This document shows, piece by piece, positions 1 to 10,113 of a stretch of 64,000 nucleotides of DNA (position 1 is the stretch's first letter; each line of letters opens with the position of its first letter). The notes below the pieces were generated by a model. The model saw only the letters and a list, made by a program, of their open reading frames with translations, was not told the DNA's origin and did not search any database. The position numbers were made by a program, and so were the translations under genes. Source of the DNA: a virus (taxonomy: Duplodnaviria; Caudoviricetes); IMG/VR virus record IMGVR_UViG_3300037422_000298; one strand, written 5' to 3'.

Positions 1-41
1 GCGCAGTTGTGTCGCGCAAAAAGCCTTAGTATGTTGACTTC

Positions 42-941
42 GTGCCTGTACGCGGCCGTCGACATCCGCCACGGCTAGAGCCGCGAGACCACGTGTGGCT
101 GGCGCGTGTCCGGCAACTTGCGGCTGAGGACGCCCTTCGGACTGTCGAGGACGCCGAGTTCGAAGATCATCCACAGCAAGCGTTGGTCGCGCGGCGTCAA
201 CGTGCTCTCGCGACGGCCGACCCCGGCGCGGCTGCAACGGTCGTTCGAGAGTCCTCGCCGTGGACGCCTCTCGCGATCGGGATCGGCATCATCGCCGTGA
301 TCGGCTTGGCGGGTGTCATCGTCTATCTGCTCGTGCGCAACAAGGATGGCAAGACGACCGTGCTCGGTGAAATCGACCCGCGCCTGTTGCCACAACCGGT
401 CGTGGCGCCTGCGCCGCAGGTGTACTTGATCAACACCGGTAATGGGCAAGCGCAGGTCGTGCGCGCGGAACCAGTGACGCCGCCGTCTCCAGCGTTCGAT
501 GACAGCAACATGCTCTCGATGCTCGGTCGGATCGAGAGCGGCATCGGCGCGCTCGTGAACCACAACAAGGTCCCCTACAACCAGTCGACGATGCGGACGT
601 ATCGACTGCCGTGGCTCGCCGACGCGAGCAATCCGGCAGTACGTATCGCAACGGCAGGTAACGTCTCGATGGAAGCAGTCGTGCGTGTCGTCGCGCCACC
701 GGGCGCGTTGGCAGCGTTCTCCTTCTCGCCGAACGAGTTGAACATCACACAGGCCGTGGTTGCACCAGGGCTGTCCTCAGTGCCCGCAGGTGACACGCTC
801 GTCGTGCCTGCAGGGCAACAGCAACCGATCCATATGAACCCGCGGCAGGTGTTGTACGCCAAGGGCAACATGTCGCCGACGAACCCAACAGGCGCCGTTG
901 TTGTTTCTATCAGCACCGTCGACAATTACATCTCGCGATGA
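42..941 (+). CDS. membrane-anchored putative virion protein
   Basis: 299 aa ORF with one TM (LAIGIGIIAVIGLAGVIVYLLV) and a beta-rich C-terminus; TATGTT -10-like box 6 nt before GTG. Confidence 0.6.
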   Translation: MPVRGRRHPPRLEPRDHVWLARVRQLAAEDALRTVEDAEFEDHPQQALVARRQRALATADPGAAATVVRESSPWTPLAIGIGIIAVIGLAGVIVYLLVRNKDGKTTVLGEIDPRLLPQPVVAPAPQVYLINTGNGQAQVVRAEPVTPPSPAFDDSNMLSMLGRIESGIGALVNHNKVPYNQSTMRTYRLPWLADASNPAVRIATAGNVSMEAVVRVVAPPGALAAFSFSPNELNITQAVVAPGLSSVPAGDTLVVPAGQQQPIHMNPRQVLYAKGNMSPTNPTGAVVVSISTVDNYISR

Positions 942-969
942 CGTTTGGACGCGCGTGATAGGCTGAGGC

Positions 970-1374
970 ATGGACCCGGCTCGGGCGCTAGTCACGTCGC
1001 CGACGATTCGCGACGATACGCCCGCGGCGCCCGACGACTGGGCGATGGTCGTCCTGATCAAGGGCGGCGGGATTCCGGTCGTCGTTTCGATCGTCGGCCC
1101 TACAACGGGTGTCACGACGACGATCGCCGCGTCTGTTGTCCCGGCCGTCTATCTGGCAGCGAATCCAGCACGCCTCGGCGCGACGATCAACAACAACTCA
1201 GTGGGGCGTTTCCTCTACGTACAACTCGGCGCTGGCGTCGGTCTCGGCAGCTACTCGGTACGCCTCGGACCGCATAGCTACTTCGAGTTGCCGTTTCCGG
1301 CGTACACAGGCGTGATCGAAGCCGTCTGGGGGCCGGGCGTTGGCGGGTTCGCGACTATCACCGAGTTGACGTAG
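970..1374 (+). CDS. putative virion protein, paralog of C-terminal part of 2619..3167
   Basis: Shared RLGA.(I/L).NN ... Y(F/Y)E(L/V)PFPAYTG(V/I)I ... TELT* motifs. Confidence 0.6.
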   Translation: MDPARALVTSPTIRDDTPAAPDDWAMVVLIKGGGIPVVVSIVGPTTGVTTTIAASVVPAVYLAANPARLGATINNNSVGRFLYVQLGAGVGLGSYSVRLGPHSYFELPFPAYTGVIEAVWGPGVGGFATITELT

Positions 1375-1383
1375 GATGAAGCT

Positions 1384-1650
1384 ATGCCCGTTCAAGCGTT
1401 GATTCGGAACCTGACGCGCCCCCAAGTCGAAAAGGCAATCGCCGACTCAAAACAGAAGCTCGTGATCCAGGACTATCACGGCACGTTGCTGGTCCTCGTC
1501 GAAAGCAAGGCCGAGGGTGGAGATCCTGCCGCGAATGCAGCGCTGCAGAAGATCGCCGATGCCGACGCGGCTATCACGCACAAGCAGCGCGAGGAGCGTT
1601 TGGCAGCAACAGCCAAAGCGAAGGCTGATGCTGCTGCGAACAACACCTAG
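1384..1650 (+). CDS. hypothetical protein
   Basis: 88 aa ORF in the same run; stop overlaps convergent gene at CTAG. Confidence 0.55.
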   Translation: MPVQALIRNLTRPQVEKAIADSKQKLVIQDYHGTLLVLVESKAEGGDPAANAALQKIADADAAITHKQREERLAATAKAKADAAANNT

Positions 1651-2564
1651 CGGCGCGCGCGACGTGTCGGGCGCTTTACAGCGTTCTTGATGGGCCTGGC
1701 CGTACGCTGTGCAGCTGTCGCACGCTCGACGAGGCTTGGTGGATTCTCTGGTAGTGGTGTTGGTTCGGGTGGCGGGTTCGCGTTATAGCGCGCGAGCGCG
1801 ATGATCTGTTGCACCGTCGCAATCAGCGGCTTCGGCGGATGTTCAGCGTCGTACCAATCGACGCTCTCCCACGTCGGGTCGAGAGGCGTTGGGTGACCCC
1901 CCACGTACTGTGTTGCCATCACGAGCGTAAGAAAGTGCTGTCCAGCTTTCTCGACGAACGTCGAGACATATGGCGCGTGTTTCGAGACTGAGACCTTGCC
2001 GACGTCGAGCCCCGTTGAGACTTTCACGGCGCGAAACACAGCGCTCTCAGCTGACTCGCCGACTTCGAGTGCAGTCTCCGGCAGCACGTACATACCGCTC
2101 TTCTTGAGCTTGCCGAGGAGGACTTTCCCTTCATGGAGCATGAGCGCAGTGACAGCCACGCGAACAACCGGTTTGTCGGTGGCGTCGATCTCGCCGATCT
2201 TGAATTCGTAGCCGCACGTCGGTGCCCATTTTTCGGCCGCGGACTTCTCGAAGAACGTGGCAAGCGGCTCTTGGCTTTCAGGTGGCGCGAACACGCCATG
2301 CACGCGGCGACCGCCGATTGCTAGCTCTGGTGGTTTCGAACCGATCGTTAGATAGACAGGCTTGTCGTCCTTACCTTGGTCAAGTATAAGCAGCGCGTCA
2401 TCGCCAAATTCTTCGCGGCGCGTCGAATACGCTTCGGCGAGCATGCGAACGGCGAGCGTAGGCAATTTTTCTGCGGCGATTCGCTCGGGTGAGTCTGCAG
2501 CGTGAGGGCTGATGCGAATGATCGTCTTCACGCGTGGACGGTAACACAGCCGAATCGGGGACAA
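1647..2564 (-). CDS. Nudix-fold hydrolase domain protein (degenerate Nudix box); true start possibly GTG near 2531
   Basis: VRVAVTALMLHEGKVLLGK...LPETALEVGESAESAVFRAVKVSTGL resembles the G-x5-E-x7-REUXEEXGU box with the glutamates lost. Confidence 0.6.
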   Translation of the reverse strand: MSPIRLCYRPRVKTIIRISPHAADSPERIAAEKLPTLAVRMLAEAYSTRREEFGDDALLILDQGKDDKPVYLTIGSKPPELAIGGRRVHGVFAPPESQEPLATFFEKSAAEKWAPTCGYEFKIGEIDATDKPVVRVAVTALMLHEGKVLLGKLKKSGMYVLPETALEVGESAESAVFRAVKVSTGLDVGKVSVSKHAPYVSTFVEKAGQHFLTLVMATQYVGGHPTPLDPTWESVDWYDAEHPPKPLIATVQQIIALARYNANPPPEPTPLPENPPSLVERATAAQRTARPIKNAVKRPTRRARR

Positions 2565-2618
2565 TTCAGGTAGACTTGTAGGACGATCGCTGCTGCGATC
2601 GACGAGGAGTACAGACGG

Positions 2619-3167
2619 ATGTCTCTAACGAACGCCTATACGGTTCTCTACGATTCTGCTGACGTCGAGACCGGTACCGCCGCCAATCCGTTGCGCGTCG
2701 ATCCGACTGGCACCACACCGCAACCAGTGACGGGTACCGTGACGGCAAACCAGGGTACGGCCGCCGCGGTCGCGAGTGCATGGCCGATCCTCGTTACGGA
2801 TGGTACTGACACTGCCGAGGTCACCAACGCAGCGCCGGGTGCCGGTGCGTTCGGCCTCGTGGTTCGTGTTGCGGGTTCGGTTTCGACGACGTTCACGCAA
2901 CCAACGACAGGAACGATCACAGCAGTCAACGTTGCGGTCGCGACCACGACGATCCTCGCGGCGAACGCGAGCCGCCTGGGCGCGATCTTGTACAACAACG
3001 ACGGTACGACGTACGTTGCGCTGGCAGCGGGCGCGACGAGCGCCAACTTTACGGTGCGCTTGACGGCGAACTCGTACTACGAAGTGCCGTTTCCGGCGTA
3101 CACAGGCATCATCACGGGCTCGGCTAGTGCGGGCACCAATACGGTGTACGCGACCGAGCTGACGTAA
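2619..3167 (+). CDS. putative virion/spike-associated protein
   Basis: Thr/Ala/Val-rich; paralog of 970..1374; GAGGAG SD and palindrome box upstream. Confidence 0.65.
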   Translation: MSLTNAYTVLYDSADVETGTAANPLRVDPTGTTPQPVTGTVTANQGTAAAVASAWPILVTDGTDTAEVTNAAPGAGAFGLVVRVAGSVSTTFTQPTTGTITAVNVAVATTTILAANASRLGAILYNNDGTTYVALAAGATSANFTVRLTANSYYEVPFPAYTGIITGSASAGTNTVYATELT

Positions 3168-3179
3168 GATACGGCACGC

Positions 3180-3884
3180 GTGCCGGTCGATCTCAACGAA
3201 GAACACGTACTCCTCTACGACTCCAACGGAGTCGAGATGGCCGTGCAAAACGGCATTGCGATCCCAGTCGACACGCGGGCCTACCTACTGGCAGGACGCG
3301 ATAGCAGCAACGTCGCCCGTGTCCTCGCGACAGACTCAAGCGGCAATCTCGCGATCTCACCAGGCACAACGTATTCGTCGTTTTGGGTTGTGTACGATCG
3401 GATCGCGCCCGCCGCGAACAAGTACATGGCGACGCTCTTCAACACGAGCGCCACGCGCAAGGTCGTTGTTCAGAACATCTGGCAGTACAACTGGCAGTTC
3501 ACAGGTGTCGCTGACAACTTGCTCGAACAGGAGTTGTGGAAGATCTCTGCGCGAACGGCCGGTACCTCGATTACACCGCGTGCTGAAGACACAAATGACG
3601 TGCTCTCGGCAGGGATCACTGCGGATACAAACTCTTCGGCAGTCACGCAGGTCAACTTGATCATGCGTATCATCACTGGCAGCGCCGAGGCGTCTATCGC
3701 TGGCGGTGAAGCTGGACTCAAGATCATGCGTACGACCGAAGCCCTGGCGCTGCTCTACTCACGCAAGGATGCTACGCGAGGGTGGACGCTGCGTCAGAAC
3801 CAAGGTATCGCCGTTCGCAACATCACCAACATCACCGTCGGCACGTGCAGCTACGTGATTGAGTTCACCGACGAGGCTGCGTAG
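3180..3884 (+). CDS. putative virion structural protein
   Basis: 234 aa beta-rich ORF in tight operon. Confidence 0.6.
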   Translation: MPVDLNEEHVLLYDSNGVEMAVQNGIAIPVDTRAYLLAGRDSSNVARVLATDSSGNLAISPGTTYSSFWVVYDRIAPAANKYMATLFNTSATRKVVVQNIWQYNWQFTGVADNLLEQELWKISARTAGTSITPRAEDTNDVLSAGITADTNSSAVTQVNLIMRIITGSAEASIAGGEAGLKIMRTTEALALLYSRKDATRGWTLRQNQGIAVRNITNITVGTCSYVIEFTDEAA

Positions 3885-4574
3885 ATGCCACTTGTAACGT
3901 TCAACGCCATCGGCTACACGACGACCGTCGGTACGACGTTCACACCGATCGTAGCGACGACGTACGTCGAACAAGCGGTCAACGCACAGCGATCGATCGT
4001 TTCGTCCAGCCCCGTTGACTTCTCAGCAGGTACCGGCGCGCGAACGCTGCGGCTTACCTACTTCGATCAGACAATGGCAGGACCGTTCACGGAAGATGTC
4101 GTGCTCAACGGTACGACACCCGTCAATACAACGAACGTGAACATTTGCTTCATCGAGAGCATGGTGATTCTGACTGTCGGTGCGCAACTCGGCAACGTTG
4201 GTACGATCTCCCTCAAGGCTGCTGCAGCGGGTGCAGGTGTCACTGTCGGATCGATCGCGCCCGGTGACAATCGCACGCAGTGGGCACACCACTACATCGG
4301 TCTGAACCGTGTTGCGTCGATCACCAACGTGATCGGACTGATCAAAGGTTTGGCGGCCGGAGAAGTCCACATGCGGGCTGCAACACCGACGGTCGCCAAT
4401 ACGCCCGAGCAGACCATTGCGCCTATCTTAACGCTCGCCCCAGGTGTGCAAGGTGATCTGACGTTTCCATCACCCATCGTCGTGTTCGGTCCGACGCGCG
4501 TGGTGCTCTACGCGAAGAGCGTACTCAGTGCAAATCAAGATTGGTTTGCATCCTTCGGATACGGTGAAGGCTGA
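3885..4574 (+). CDS. putative virion structural protein, paralog of 4574..5368
   Basis: Shared GTGARTLR.TY.D...GPFT.DVV.NGT...NI.F.E.M..LTVG...NVGTI.L ... W.HHY. Confidence 0.65.
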   Translation: MPLVTFNAIGYTTTVGTTFTPIVATTYVEQAVNAQRSIVSSSPVDFSAGTGARTLRLTYFDQTMAGPFTEDVVLNGTTPVNTTNVNICFIESMVILTVGAQLGNVGTISLKAAAAGAGVTVGSIAPGDNRTQWAHHYIGLNRVASITNVIGLIKGLAAGEVHMRAATPTVANTPEQTIAPILTLAPGVQGDLTFPSPIVVFGPTRVVLYAKSVLSANQDWFASFGYGEG

Positions 4575-5368
4575 TGTCGATCACAGATCGTCCTGTCGTC
4601 AATGCTGTCGGTTTTGCGGAGGGGGCGCTGATCGCAGCGGGCAAGAGCACGGGCGCAGCAGGTCTTGTTGCAGCGTATACTTCCGCTGCGCTTGCGCCGA
4701 TCACAGTTGTTCGCGCGACGGCTTACACCGAACGAACAACAGCTGCACAGCTCGAAGTGCTATCTAGTGACGCTAACGACGATGGTGCACCTGCTGGTAC
4801 AGGCGCACGCACGCTACGCATCACGTACTACGACGGTAACTGTCTCGGGCCGTTCACGACTGATGTCGTGATGAACGGAACCGCGGCGGTTGCAACAACA
4901 GCCACGAACATTCGATTCGTCGAGGGTATGCACGTTCTCACCGTCGGTAGCAACGGCACCAACGTTGGGACGATCACGTTACGCGCGCTCGGCGGCGGTG
5001 CCGTCGTCGGAACAATCGCAGCGAGCGACGGGCGCACGTACTGGGGACATCACTATGTCGCGACGGGGCGCATCAGTCAGATCATCGAGCTGACTGCCGC
5101 GATGACACTTGCGAAGGGTTCCATATTCCTACGTCAGATCGATGTCCTGACGGTGGATGCTTTCGAGCGCCAAATTACAGCATCGTTGCGTCTCGGAGCG
5201 GCTGCAGCAGGTGCTGCTGCGACGCCATCGCCGTTTCAGCCTTCGCTGGTCTTCCCGTTTGGGAGTCTGTATGTTCCCGGTCCAGCTCGGGTGACCACAT
5301 ACGTTGATCCGGATGCAGCCGTCGCGAACAACGTCGCGCACGCGAGTTTTAGTTACCTCGATGTTTAA
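4574..5368 (+). CDS. putative virion structural protein, paralog of 3885..4574
   Basis: Same motifs; TGA/ATG overlap with upstream gene. Confidence 0.65.
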   Translation: MSITDRPVVNAVGFAEGALIAAGKSTGAAGLVAAYTSAALAPITVVRATAYTERTTAAQLEVLSSDANDDGAPAGTGARTLRITYYDGNCLGPFTTDVVMNGTAAVATTATNIRFVEGMHVLTVGSNGTNVGTITLRALGGGAVVGTIAASDGRTYWGHHYVATGRISQIIELTAAMTLAKGSIFLRQIDVLTVDAFERQITASLRLGAAAAGAAATPSPFQPSLVFPFGSLYVPGPARVTTYVDPDAAVANNVAHASFSYLDV

Positions 5369-6320
5369 AAAACTCTGGCATCTACTCGTGGGGAAACCAA
5401 TGGCCGTCAATCCGCTCACCAATCGTCCCGTCCCGCCCAACAGCAACCTCGCTCGCGCGATGTTCGTGTGGGTCACCGCGAGCGCGTCGCAAGACCCGCT
5501 CGACAACGACACCGATCAGCAGGCGCTGATCAATTTCCTCGACGACACCAACGTCGGCTGCAATGTCATCTTCCTCGACATCTGGCAGTATCTCGGCGGC
5601 TCGAACTGGACGAACGCGAAGCGCGACAAGATGCGGCAGTTCATCGACCGCGCGAAGCGTTCGGGCTGTAAGGTCTACGCGCTCTGTGGCAACGTCGACT
5701 GGGCAGTCAACCAGAATTGGGTGACGAAGAACATTCTCAACCCGATCATGGCATTCAACTCGATGTGCCAGGACGTTTCGGGACGGTTCGACGGCATCTG
5801 CTACGACGTCGAGTACTGGACCGACGAGAACACGTACCCGCCGTCGACTAACCTGCCAGGCTTCTGCGACCTCGTGAAGGCGACAAAGCAGATGACCAAC
5901 CTCGAAGTCGGCTGCTTCGCGGCGTTCTATCTCAAGGACAGCACCGGCACGCGTCCCAGTGTCAGCTACAACGGCAAGAGTGCACAGGACGGCGAGCACA
6001 TGATGGACGTCTGCGACTTCGTCGTCGTCGGCGCGTATCGAGATCACGCCGAAGACGGTGGCTCCGAGAGTGGCCCTGGCCAGATCTCGCTGTTCCAGCC
6101 CTGGTACGACTATGCGAGTGCACAGGGTCGCAACTTCGGGCTCTACTGCGGCTCGGAGACGATCGACGTCTCGCCGTCCTACGTGACGTACTACGGCGCG
6201 TCGAAGGCCACGATGGAAGCGCAGCACACGATCATCTCGGACACGTTCCGTGTAGCTGGCAACGCAACGTTCCTCGGCCAAGCCGTCCATAGCTACGACG
6301 GCTGGAAGGTCATGACCTAG
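5361..6320 (+). CDS. putative glycoside hydrolase-like (TIM barrel) protein
   Basis: FDGICYDVEYW resembles GH18-like FDGxxxDxE; DFVVVGAYRD; start could also be 5400. Confidence 0.5.
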   Translation: MFKKLWHLLVGKPMAVNPLTNRPVPPNSNLARAMFVWVTASASQDPLDNDTDQQALINFLDDTNVGCNVIFLDIWQYLGGSNWTNAKRDKMRQFIDRAKRSGCKVYALCGNVDWAVNQNWVTKNILNPIMAFNSMCQDVSGRFDGICYDVEYWTDENTYPPSTNLPGFCDLVKATKQMTNLEVGCFAAFYLKDSTGTRPSVSYNGKSAQDGEHMMDVCDFVVVGAYRDHAEDGGSESGPGQISLFQPWYDYASAQGRNFGLYCGSETIDVSPSYVTYYGASKATMEAQHTIISDTFRVAGNATFLGQAVHSYDGWKVMT

Positions 6321-6412
6321 ACCTTGATCTCGATCTCGCGTAGCTCGCACGTGCCGACGACGTCTTGCTTGTCGATCTTGACGGTCAGCGTGTTCTCGTC
6401 GAGCGACTTGAA
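6317..6412 (-). pseudogene. displaced original 3' end of the vWA gene 6892..9237
   Basis: Translates FKSLDENTLTVKIDKQDVVGTCELREIEIKV*, matching the current end FSSLDENTLTVKIDGQEVVGVTELREVEIKI*. Confidence 0.85.
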
Positions 6413-6413
6413 T

Positions 6414-6914
6414 TTAGTAAGGCTTGTACTGGCCTGCCTTGATACGGTTGATCGTGCTGCGTCCAACGCCGTATTTCTTAGCAAGCGCTACAGCGCTACA
6501 GGACCGCGCGAGTTTGGTATACCGGTCACTGCGTTTCAGTGCTGCACGAATGCGTGAAACCTCGCGTGCCGAAAACACGCGTTCGGAACGCGTCCTCGCG
6601 AATGCTTCACGAATGTTGTCGCGCGACGTCCCTGCTGAAAGATGCTTCGGGTTCACGCAGCGTTTGTTGTCGCACGAGTGCTTGATCAGCTTACCGTGCG
6701 GTACGGAAATGCCGCCGTTCTGTAGTCGCCACGCGTAAACATGTGCAGGCATGACTCGACCGTTGACGCTGAACATGCCGTACCGATCGCGCTTGGTGGC
6801 CGTAACACGGCGAACGTTGTGCCATGTCCAACAACCACGTGACTTCTCCACGTGCGCGTAGAAGCGCGCCTGTACGGCCGCTGTGAGCAAGCTAGATCTT
6901 GATTTCGACTTCAC
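6414..6914 (-). CDS. HNH homing endonuclease with C-terminal HTH
   Basis: GCWTW...YGMF...AHVYAW...HSCDNKRCVNPKHL.AGT..DN; LAKKYGVGRSTINRI. Confidence 0.85.
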   Translation of the reverse strand: MKSKSRSSLLTAAVQARFYAHVEKSRGCWTWHNVRRVTATKRDRYGMFSVNGRVMPAHVYAWRLQNGGISVPHGKLIKHSCDNKRCVNPKHLSAGTSRDNIREAFARTRSERVFSAREVSRIRAALKRSDRYTKLARSCSAVALAKKYGVGRSTINRIKAGQYKPY

Positions 6915-9237
6915 GGAGTTCTGTTACTCCGACCACTTCTTGTCCGTCGATCTTCACCGTTAACGTGTTTTCGTCGAGAGAAGAAAACTCCTTGAACCAG
7001 ACTTGCCCCACCAGAATGCCGAACTTGATCTGCGCGGCTTGGTAGATCAGGCCGCGCGTCTTCGCGATCTGCGCCTGCGTCTGTCCGGTCAGCCACTTCT
7101 CGTGGAGGTTCTTCGGGTTCTTCTTGACGAACTCGTCGACCTCTTCGATCGCGTTCGACATGAACGTGTCGCACGGGTTGAGCTTCTTACCACCCTTGAT
7201 CTTCTCCTTCACGGCCTTGACCGAATCGAGCTTGCTGCAGCCCTTGATCTTGATGTCCAGCTCCTTGCCCATGATGAAGTCCTTCGACTCGGCTTGGACG
7301 GACTTCGGCGAGAAGCCATTGTCGGTGAGGCCCTGCTCCTTCAGCCACGCCGCGCCGTCGTCACCATACTTCGAGGCGAAGTTCGCATGACGAACGCCGG
7401 GGAACAGTTCTTCCTGGTAGGCCTTGTAGACCTTCTGTGCGCCGCGCGCCTTGAGCAGCGACCACTCCAGCTCGATGACGTCCTTCGCGTTGACGGCCTT
7501 CACCATGTTGCGATTGATGATCGGCAACGGCTTGACGTTGATGACCGTATGGACGTGGCCCTTTTGCATGCCGACGTGTCCTGCGCCGCTGGTCGAGACG
7601 CCAGCAGCAACGAGCGCGTCGTACGTCGCCTGCGAGACCTGAACCGGCAGTTTCTCGACGTTCACGAGACCGTGCGCGACGATCGAGTAGTTCCGCCAGA
7701 TGTGCGTCTGGAACTCGGTCGGGATGCCCTTGAACTTCTTGTGCTCGGGGCGCGACGACAAGTCGACCTTGCCCGTCTTGCGGACGCGAACGCTGATGTT
7801 CGGGCTGCATTCGTTGAACACGAGCCCCGAGACCTCGTAGCCGTTCGGTGCTTCGTCGGCGGCGAACTTGAGTGCGTCGCGCTTCGCGGCGAGGATCGTG
7901 TCCAACTCGCCTTGCAGCTCCTTGAGCCGCTTCGCCGACTTCTCGCCCGCCATCTGGTTACGGATGACTTCGACTTGCAGCGCCTCGTCGGCGGTCAGGT
8001 TCTCGTCGGCGTCGACACGCTTGCGACCGATGCGCGAGTACTTGAAGTCGGGATGATCGAGTAGAAGCCGCGTGCTGTCGTCATCTGCCAACGTGCGCAG
8101 CAGATCGAGCACCGTGAAGGCGTCGTCGGCCGGGACCTTGTTCGGGTCGTAGCCTTCGGTGCAGCGGAGCTTTGGATCGAAGGCCGCATGCTTGGCGGCG
8201 TCCATGAACTCGCTGTACTTTTGTTTGCCGAAACAGACACTGAACGCGTTGATGAAGCGAACGTCACCGAGCGCCTTCAGCACGGGGTAGACGACGTCGG
8301 GTTTCATGCGAACCGCGAACAGTGACATCGCTGCGTAGGCGGCAGCAGCGGCTGGTGTCGCGTCGTCGCCGAACACACCGCGGCGGCTCTGCGAGCTGAT
8401 CGGCGGGACTGCATCGCCGACGCTGGTCGGCGACAGATAGAAGATCTCCGTCGTGTTCTCGGGTACGAGCGCTTTGCTCGTGCTGGCGTCGTACGTCGTG
8501 ATCTCGCCGTCGGCGAGTGCGAATGCGAAGCCGCCGATCGGGTCGCCACCGACGTCGACTTCAATGCGCTTGCCGCCCATCGGGCGCTTCTGCATCGCGG
8601 CTTCGAACGTGACTTCGTACTTGTCGAATGCGTCGGCGTGGATGTGGACGCCGCCTGCCTTCTCGGCCATCGCCGCGAGCAGTGGTCGATCGGCGTAGTA
8701 GCCGTACTCGACGAACGTCGAGGATGCGAGCACGCCCGCGGTCTTCTCGACGACCTTGAGGATGTCTGCGCGGTTCCATTGATTGTCGCAGCCGTCGGAC
8801 ATGAAGAACAACGCGAACGGGTTCTTGTTCTTCTTGCTGACGCGGCCGACGAGCTTCTCGACTTCGGCGAGCGGTTCCTTGAAACCCGTCAGGCCGATCG
8901 GTTTGAGCCACCGATCGATCGCTTTGTTGACGTCGGCGAGATCGGCGAGCGTGGCGACGGGCTCGGCTTCGAGTAGCGCACCGAACTCGCCGCGACCGCT
9001 GAACCAGACCATCGACAGCGTGTCGCCGTCGCGCAGTAGCTTCGGCAGCTTCTTCTTGAGCTGCTCGCGGATGCGCGGCAGGTCACTGGTCATGCTGCCC
9101 GAGCAGTCGATCACAGCGATGTGGTTCGTTGACGTCTCGACGGGCTTTGCCGGTGCAGACTTCGCGACTGTCTGGTGAACGAGATAGAGGTTCTTGGTGA
9201 TGTTGTGCGAAACAGCGTCGATCTTGCTCTTGCTCAT
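6892..9237 (-). CDS. large vWA (MIDAS) domain protein
   Basis: N-terminal IAVIDCSGSM (DxSxS), LFFMSDG; strong GC3 codon bias; GGAG SD. Confidence 0.8.
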   Translation of the reverse strand: MSKSKIDAVSHNITKNLYLVHQTVAKSAPAKPVETSTNHIAVIDCSGSMTSDLPRIREQLKKKLPKLLRDGDTLSMVWFSGRGEFGALLEAEPVATLADLADVNKAIDRWLKPIGLTGFKEPLAEVEKLVGRVSKKNKNPFALFFMSDGCDNQWNRADILKVVEKTAGVLASSTFVEYGYYADRPLLAAMAEKAGGVHIHADAFDKYEVTFEAAMQKRPMGGKRIEVDVGGDPIGGFAFALADGEITTYDASTSKALVPENTTEIFYLSPTSVGDAVPPISSQSRRGVFGDDATPAAAAAYAAMSLFAVRMKPDVVYPVLKALGDVRFINAFSVCFGKQKYSEFMDAAKHAAFDPKLRCTEGYDPNKVPADDAFTVLDLLRTLADDDSTRLLLDHPDFKYSRIGRKRVDADENLTADEALQVEVIRNQMAGEKSAKRLKELQGELDTILAAKRDALKFAADEAPNGYEVSGLVFNECSPNISVRVRKTGKVDLSSRPEHKKFKGIPTEFQTHIWRNYSIVAHGLVNVEKLPVQVSQATYDALVAAGVSTSGAGHVGMQKGHVHTVINVKPLPIINRNMVKAVNAKDVIELEWSLLKARGAQKVYKAYQEELFPGVRHANFASKYGDDGAAWLKEQGLTDNGFSPKSVQAESKDFIMGKELDIKIKGCSKLDSVKAVKEKIKGGKKLNPCDTFMSNAIEEVDEFVKKNPKNLHEKWLTGQTQAQIAKTRGLIYQAAQIKFGILVGQVWFKEFSSLDENTLTVKIDGQEVVGVTELREVEIKI

Positions 9238-9383
9238 GTGCTCTTGCTCCTTGAAAAGACGCTACCAACACGGTCTGACGAAGCCACGTAAGTGCTTGTT
9301 TCAACTGTGAAAAACGCCAAGCAGAAACTCAGCAAGCACGCGGATAGTCATCCTGCGTTTGGGTACCGCTGAAGTTCTTAACG

Positions 9384-9392
9384 AGTCAAGAG
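9384..9392 (-). promoter_or_regulatory. CTCTTGACT -35-type promoter motif upstream of vWA gene
   Basis: Reverse complement CTCTTGACTCG; same motif at 41169, 46308, 48305. Confidence 0.5.
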
Positions 9393-9450
9393 CTTCATGC
9401 GGCTGAATAGTGCAGTCGCTACAGCGATCGACGATCGCCGTAGCGATCGT

Positions 9451-10068
9451 CTACCGAATCAGTGTGTGCTCGTTGGAAAGCTCGATCACCCATTCACCGT
9501 CGAGCGCCTGGCTGCTCAACAGCAACTCGGCGCGACTGAATGCATCGTCGTTGGCATCGATCTGCAACCACTCAGCGTTGCCGACCCGCCAGCAGATCGG
9601 ATTCGCATCCCACGCTTGTGGGCCACGATAGATCGTACGCCACTGGTGTTCGAATTCTTCGCGGTGCGTTCGACCTCCCGTTGGGAGCATACCCGCTGCT
9701 TGTGCGCTTTCTTCGGTGACGCTGTGAAGCGGCGCAATCTGAAGCTCCGTGACGCGCAAAAACAGTTCAGCGCGTTCACGCGGCAGCGGCGTCAACTGAC
9801 CTTTGAGTCCACCGATGGGCGTCAGCGCCGCGCGAAATCCTGGCGCGGCCAACTCACCGAGGAAGTGCACGTGATTGTCCGCATCGAGTGCCCACGGCTC
9901 ACGAACCCACAGCGTGTCGTTGACGATACCGAATGGCGAAGTCGGCTGCGCGCCGCTTCGGTAGGCTTCCATGTCGGCTTGCGAGAACGGCTTCCACGTC
10001 AGCGTCTTGATGCCATCGCGAACCGCACGCGCGAGGTGCGTGCAGAATTCGACCATGTGTTCGGCCAT
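9451..10068 (-). CDS. ASCH/PUA-like phage protein
   Basis: AVRDGIKTLTW...PFG...DTLWVREPW...L.VTE.....L..VTEE.A.A.G...W..IY....WDANP..W. Confidence 0.6.
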   Translation of the reverse strand: MAEHMVEFCTHLARAVRDGIKTLTWKPFSQADMEAYRSGAQPTSPFGIVNDTLWVREPWALDADNHVHFLGELAAPGFRAALTPIGGLKGQLTPLPRERAELFLRVTELQIAPLHSVTEESAQAAGMLPTGGRTHREEFEHQWRTIYRGPQAWDANPICWRVGNAEWLQIDANDDAFSRAELLLSSQALDGEWVIELSNEHTLIR

Positions 10069-10113
10069 GCTCTGTACGCTATCACGATCGCGGGAGCGAT
10101 CGGCTTGTCGTGA

